A DNA stretch of 63,586 nucleotides, the filler included, from Lenisia limosa (taxonomy: Eukaryota; Protista; Breviatea), in the NCBI GenBank assembly GCA_001655205.1. It is 11 parts of 11 records of this genome, joined end to end, with 100 filler letters (N's around TTAATTAATTAA, not from the genome) between each part and the next. Parts side by side here need not be neighbours in the genome. Positions count along the whole stretch, not along the records: positions 60,203 to 63,586 come from LPNZ01006290.1; 10 more parts are not named here. The stretch is one strand, 5' to 3'. The translations under genes were made by a program, and so were the position numbers. Positions 62,896 to 63,586 of this stretch are shown piece after piece. Under the pieces are notes generated by a model. That model did no database searches. It had not been told where the DNA came from and worked only from the letters and a program-made list of their open reading frames with translations. Position 1 is the first letter of the stretch. Every line of letters begins with the position of its first letter.

Positions 62896-62967
62896 CGAGC
62901 ACGGCAGGGATCGAACCTGCAGTCTCTTGATCCGTAGTCAAGCGCCTTTCCATTTGGCCACGCACCC
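62896..62967 (-). tRNA. tRNA-Arg (anticodon ACG)
   Basis: GGGTGCGTGGCCAAATGGAAAGGCGCTTGACTACGGATCAAGAGACTGCAGGTTCGATCCCTGCCGTGCTCG: anticodon arm CTTGA-CTACGGA-TCAAG, T-loop GGTTCGATCC, followed by an oligo-T Pol III terminator. Confidence 0.95.
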
Positions 62968-63227
62968 GAATGAATGCTTTATCAAAGGTTAGAATTTTGA
63001 TCATGATCGAATATTATAATATTTGGTAAAGCAGACCCCCAGATGTTATTTAATAAAGGCGTTTCTCTTCTATTTGAGTCTCTTTATTTAAACTGTTCAT
63101 TTTGTTGAGTAGTTTATTTATATCAGTACAAGTATTAAGTTTCGACGCTACTCAACAATGGTAGATTTATCCTCATAGAAGCTATACTTAGACCCATACT
63201 GCCCTCATACAGACAGATAATCAAAGA

Positions 63228-63377
63228 ATGTCACTGTCTGAAGGCGTTTTAACCCCGTTACTAGACCCCCTCGGCAGTCCTCCGAGTCCACCAGCTCTTC
63301 ATGAAGAACAGGATCTGACCAGCCCAGCTCTCTTCGACATTGAGGAGATAGAGGGACAGCATGACGCAAAAGATGAG
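63228..63377 (+). CDS. First exon of an unknown gene
   Basis: ATG...MSLSEGVLTPLLDPLGSPPSPPALHEEQDLTSPALFDIEEIEGQHDAKDE followed by a GT donor. GC-richer than its flanks. Confidence 0.5.
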
Positions 63378-63586
63378 GTGTGATGTGGTGTTGGTCGTTT
63401 TTTGATTGTTTTGATCTTGAGTCTAATGAAGGGAGATATATATCCGTTTTATTTCTTTATTTATTTATTGTATGAACAAACTGACGCTTGATGTTCTCTT
63501 GTTTCTGTCGTTTTCTGTTGGATATGTGTTGTAAATAACTGTCTGATCTTTATGATTCAAATTTAATTGAACTTTCCTGCAGAAGA

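Overview
Intron-rich eukaryotic genomic DNA from a fragmented draft assembly. Eleven unrelated contigs are joined by ten artificial 100-bp spacers (44 N + TTAATTAATTAA + 44 N), so neighbourhood across a spacer means nothing. Genes were rebuilt by hand from short GT-AG exons, so exon boundaries are approximate. Recognisable genes: a cNMP-binding protein resembling the PKA regulatory subunit, a helicase-less family A DNA polymerase (Pol nu/Pol theta-like), an NBR1-like protein (FW domain, Q-rich repeat, UBA), a Ska2-like protein, acetyl-CoA acetyltransferase, FKBP12, RNA Pol I/III subunit AC19, DNA2, a DNAJC3-like TPR protein, tRNA-Arg(ACG), a secreted CCP + RCC1-like repeat protein and several hypothetical genes. 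The two most striking observations: (1) a >8.7-kb gene for a secreted ADAM-type metalloprotease/disintegrin followed by ADAMTS-type TSP1 repeats, CCP-like modules and an IPT/TIG-like domain; (2) a ~105-165 nt repeat family that lies sense-oriented in introns of about nine unrelated genes, mostly ends at or near the 3' splice AG and sometimes makes up the whole intron (introner-like). Several MITE-like families also populate the introns. Short introns plus animal-like genes suggest a unicellular holozoan such as an ichthyosporean; this is inference only.
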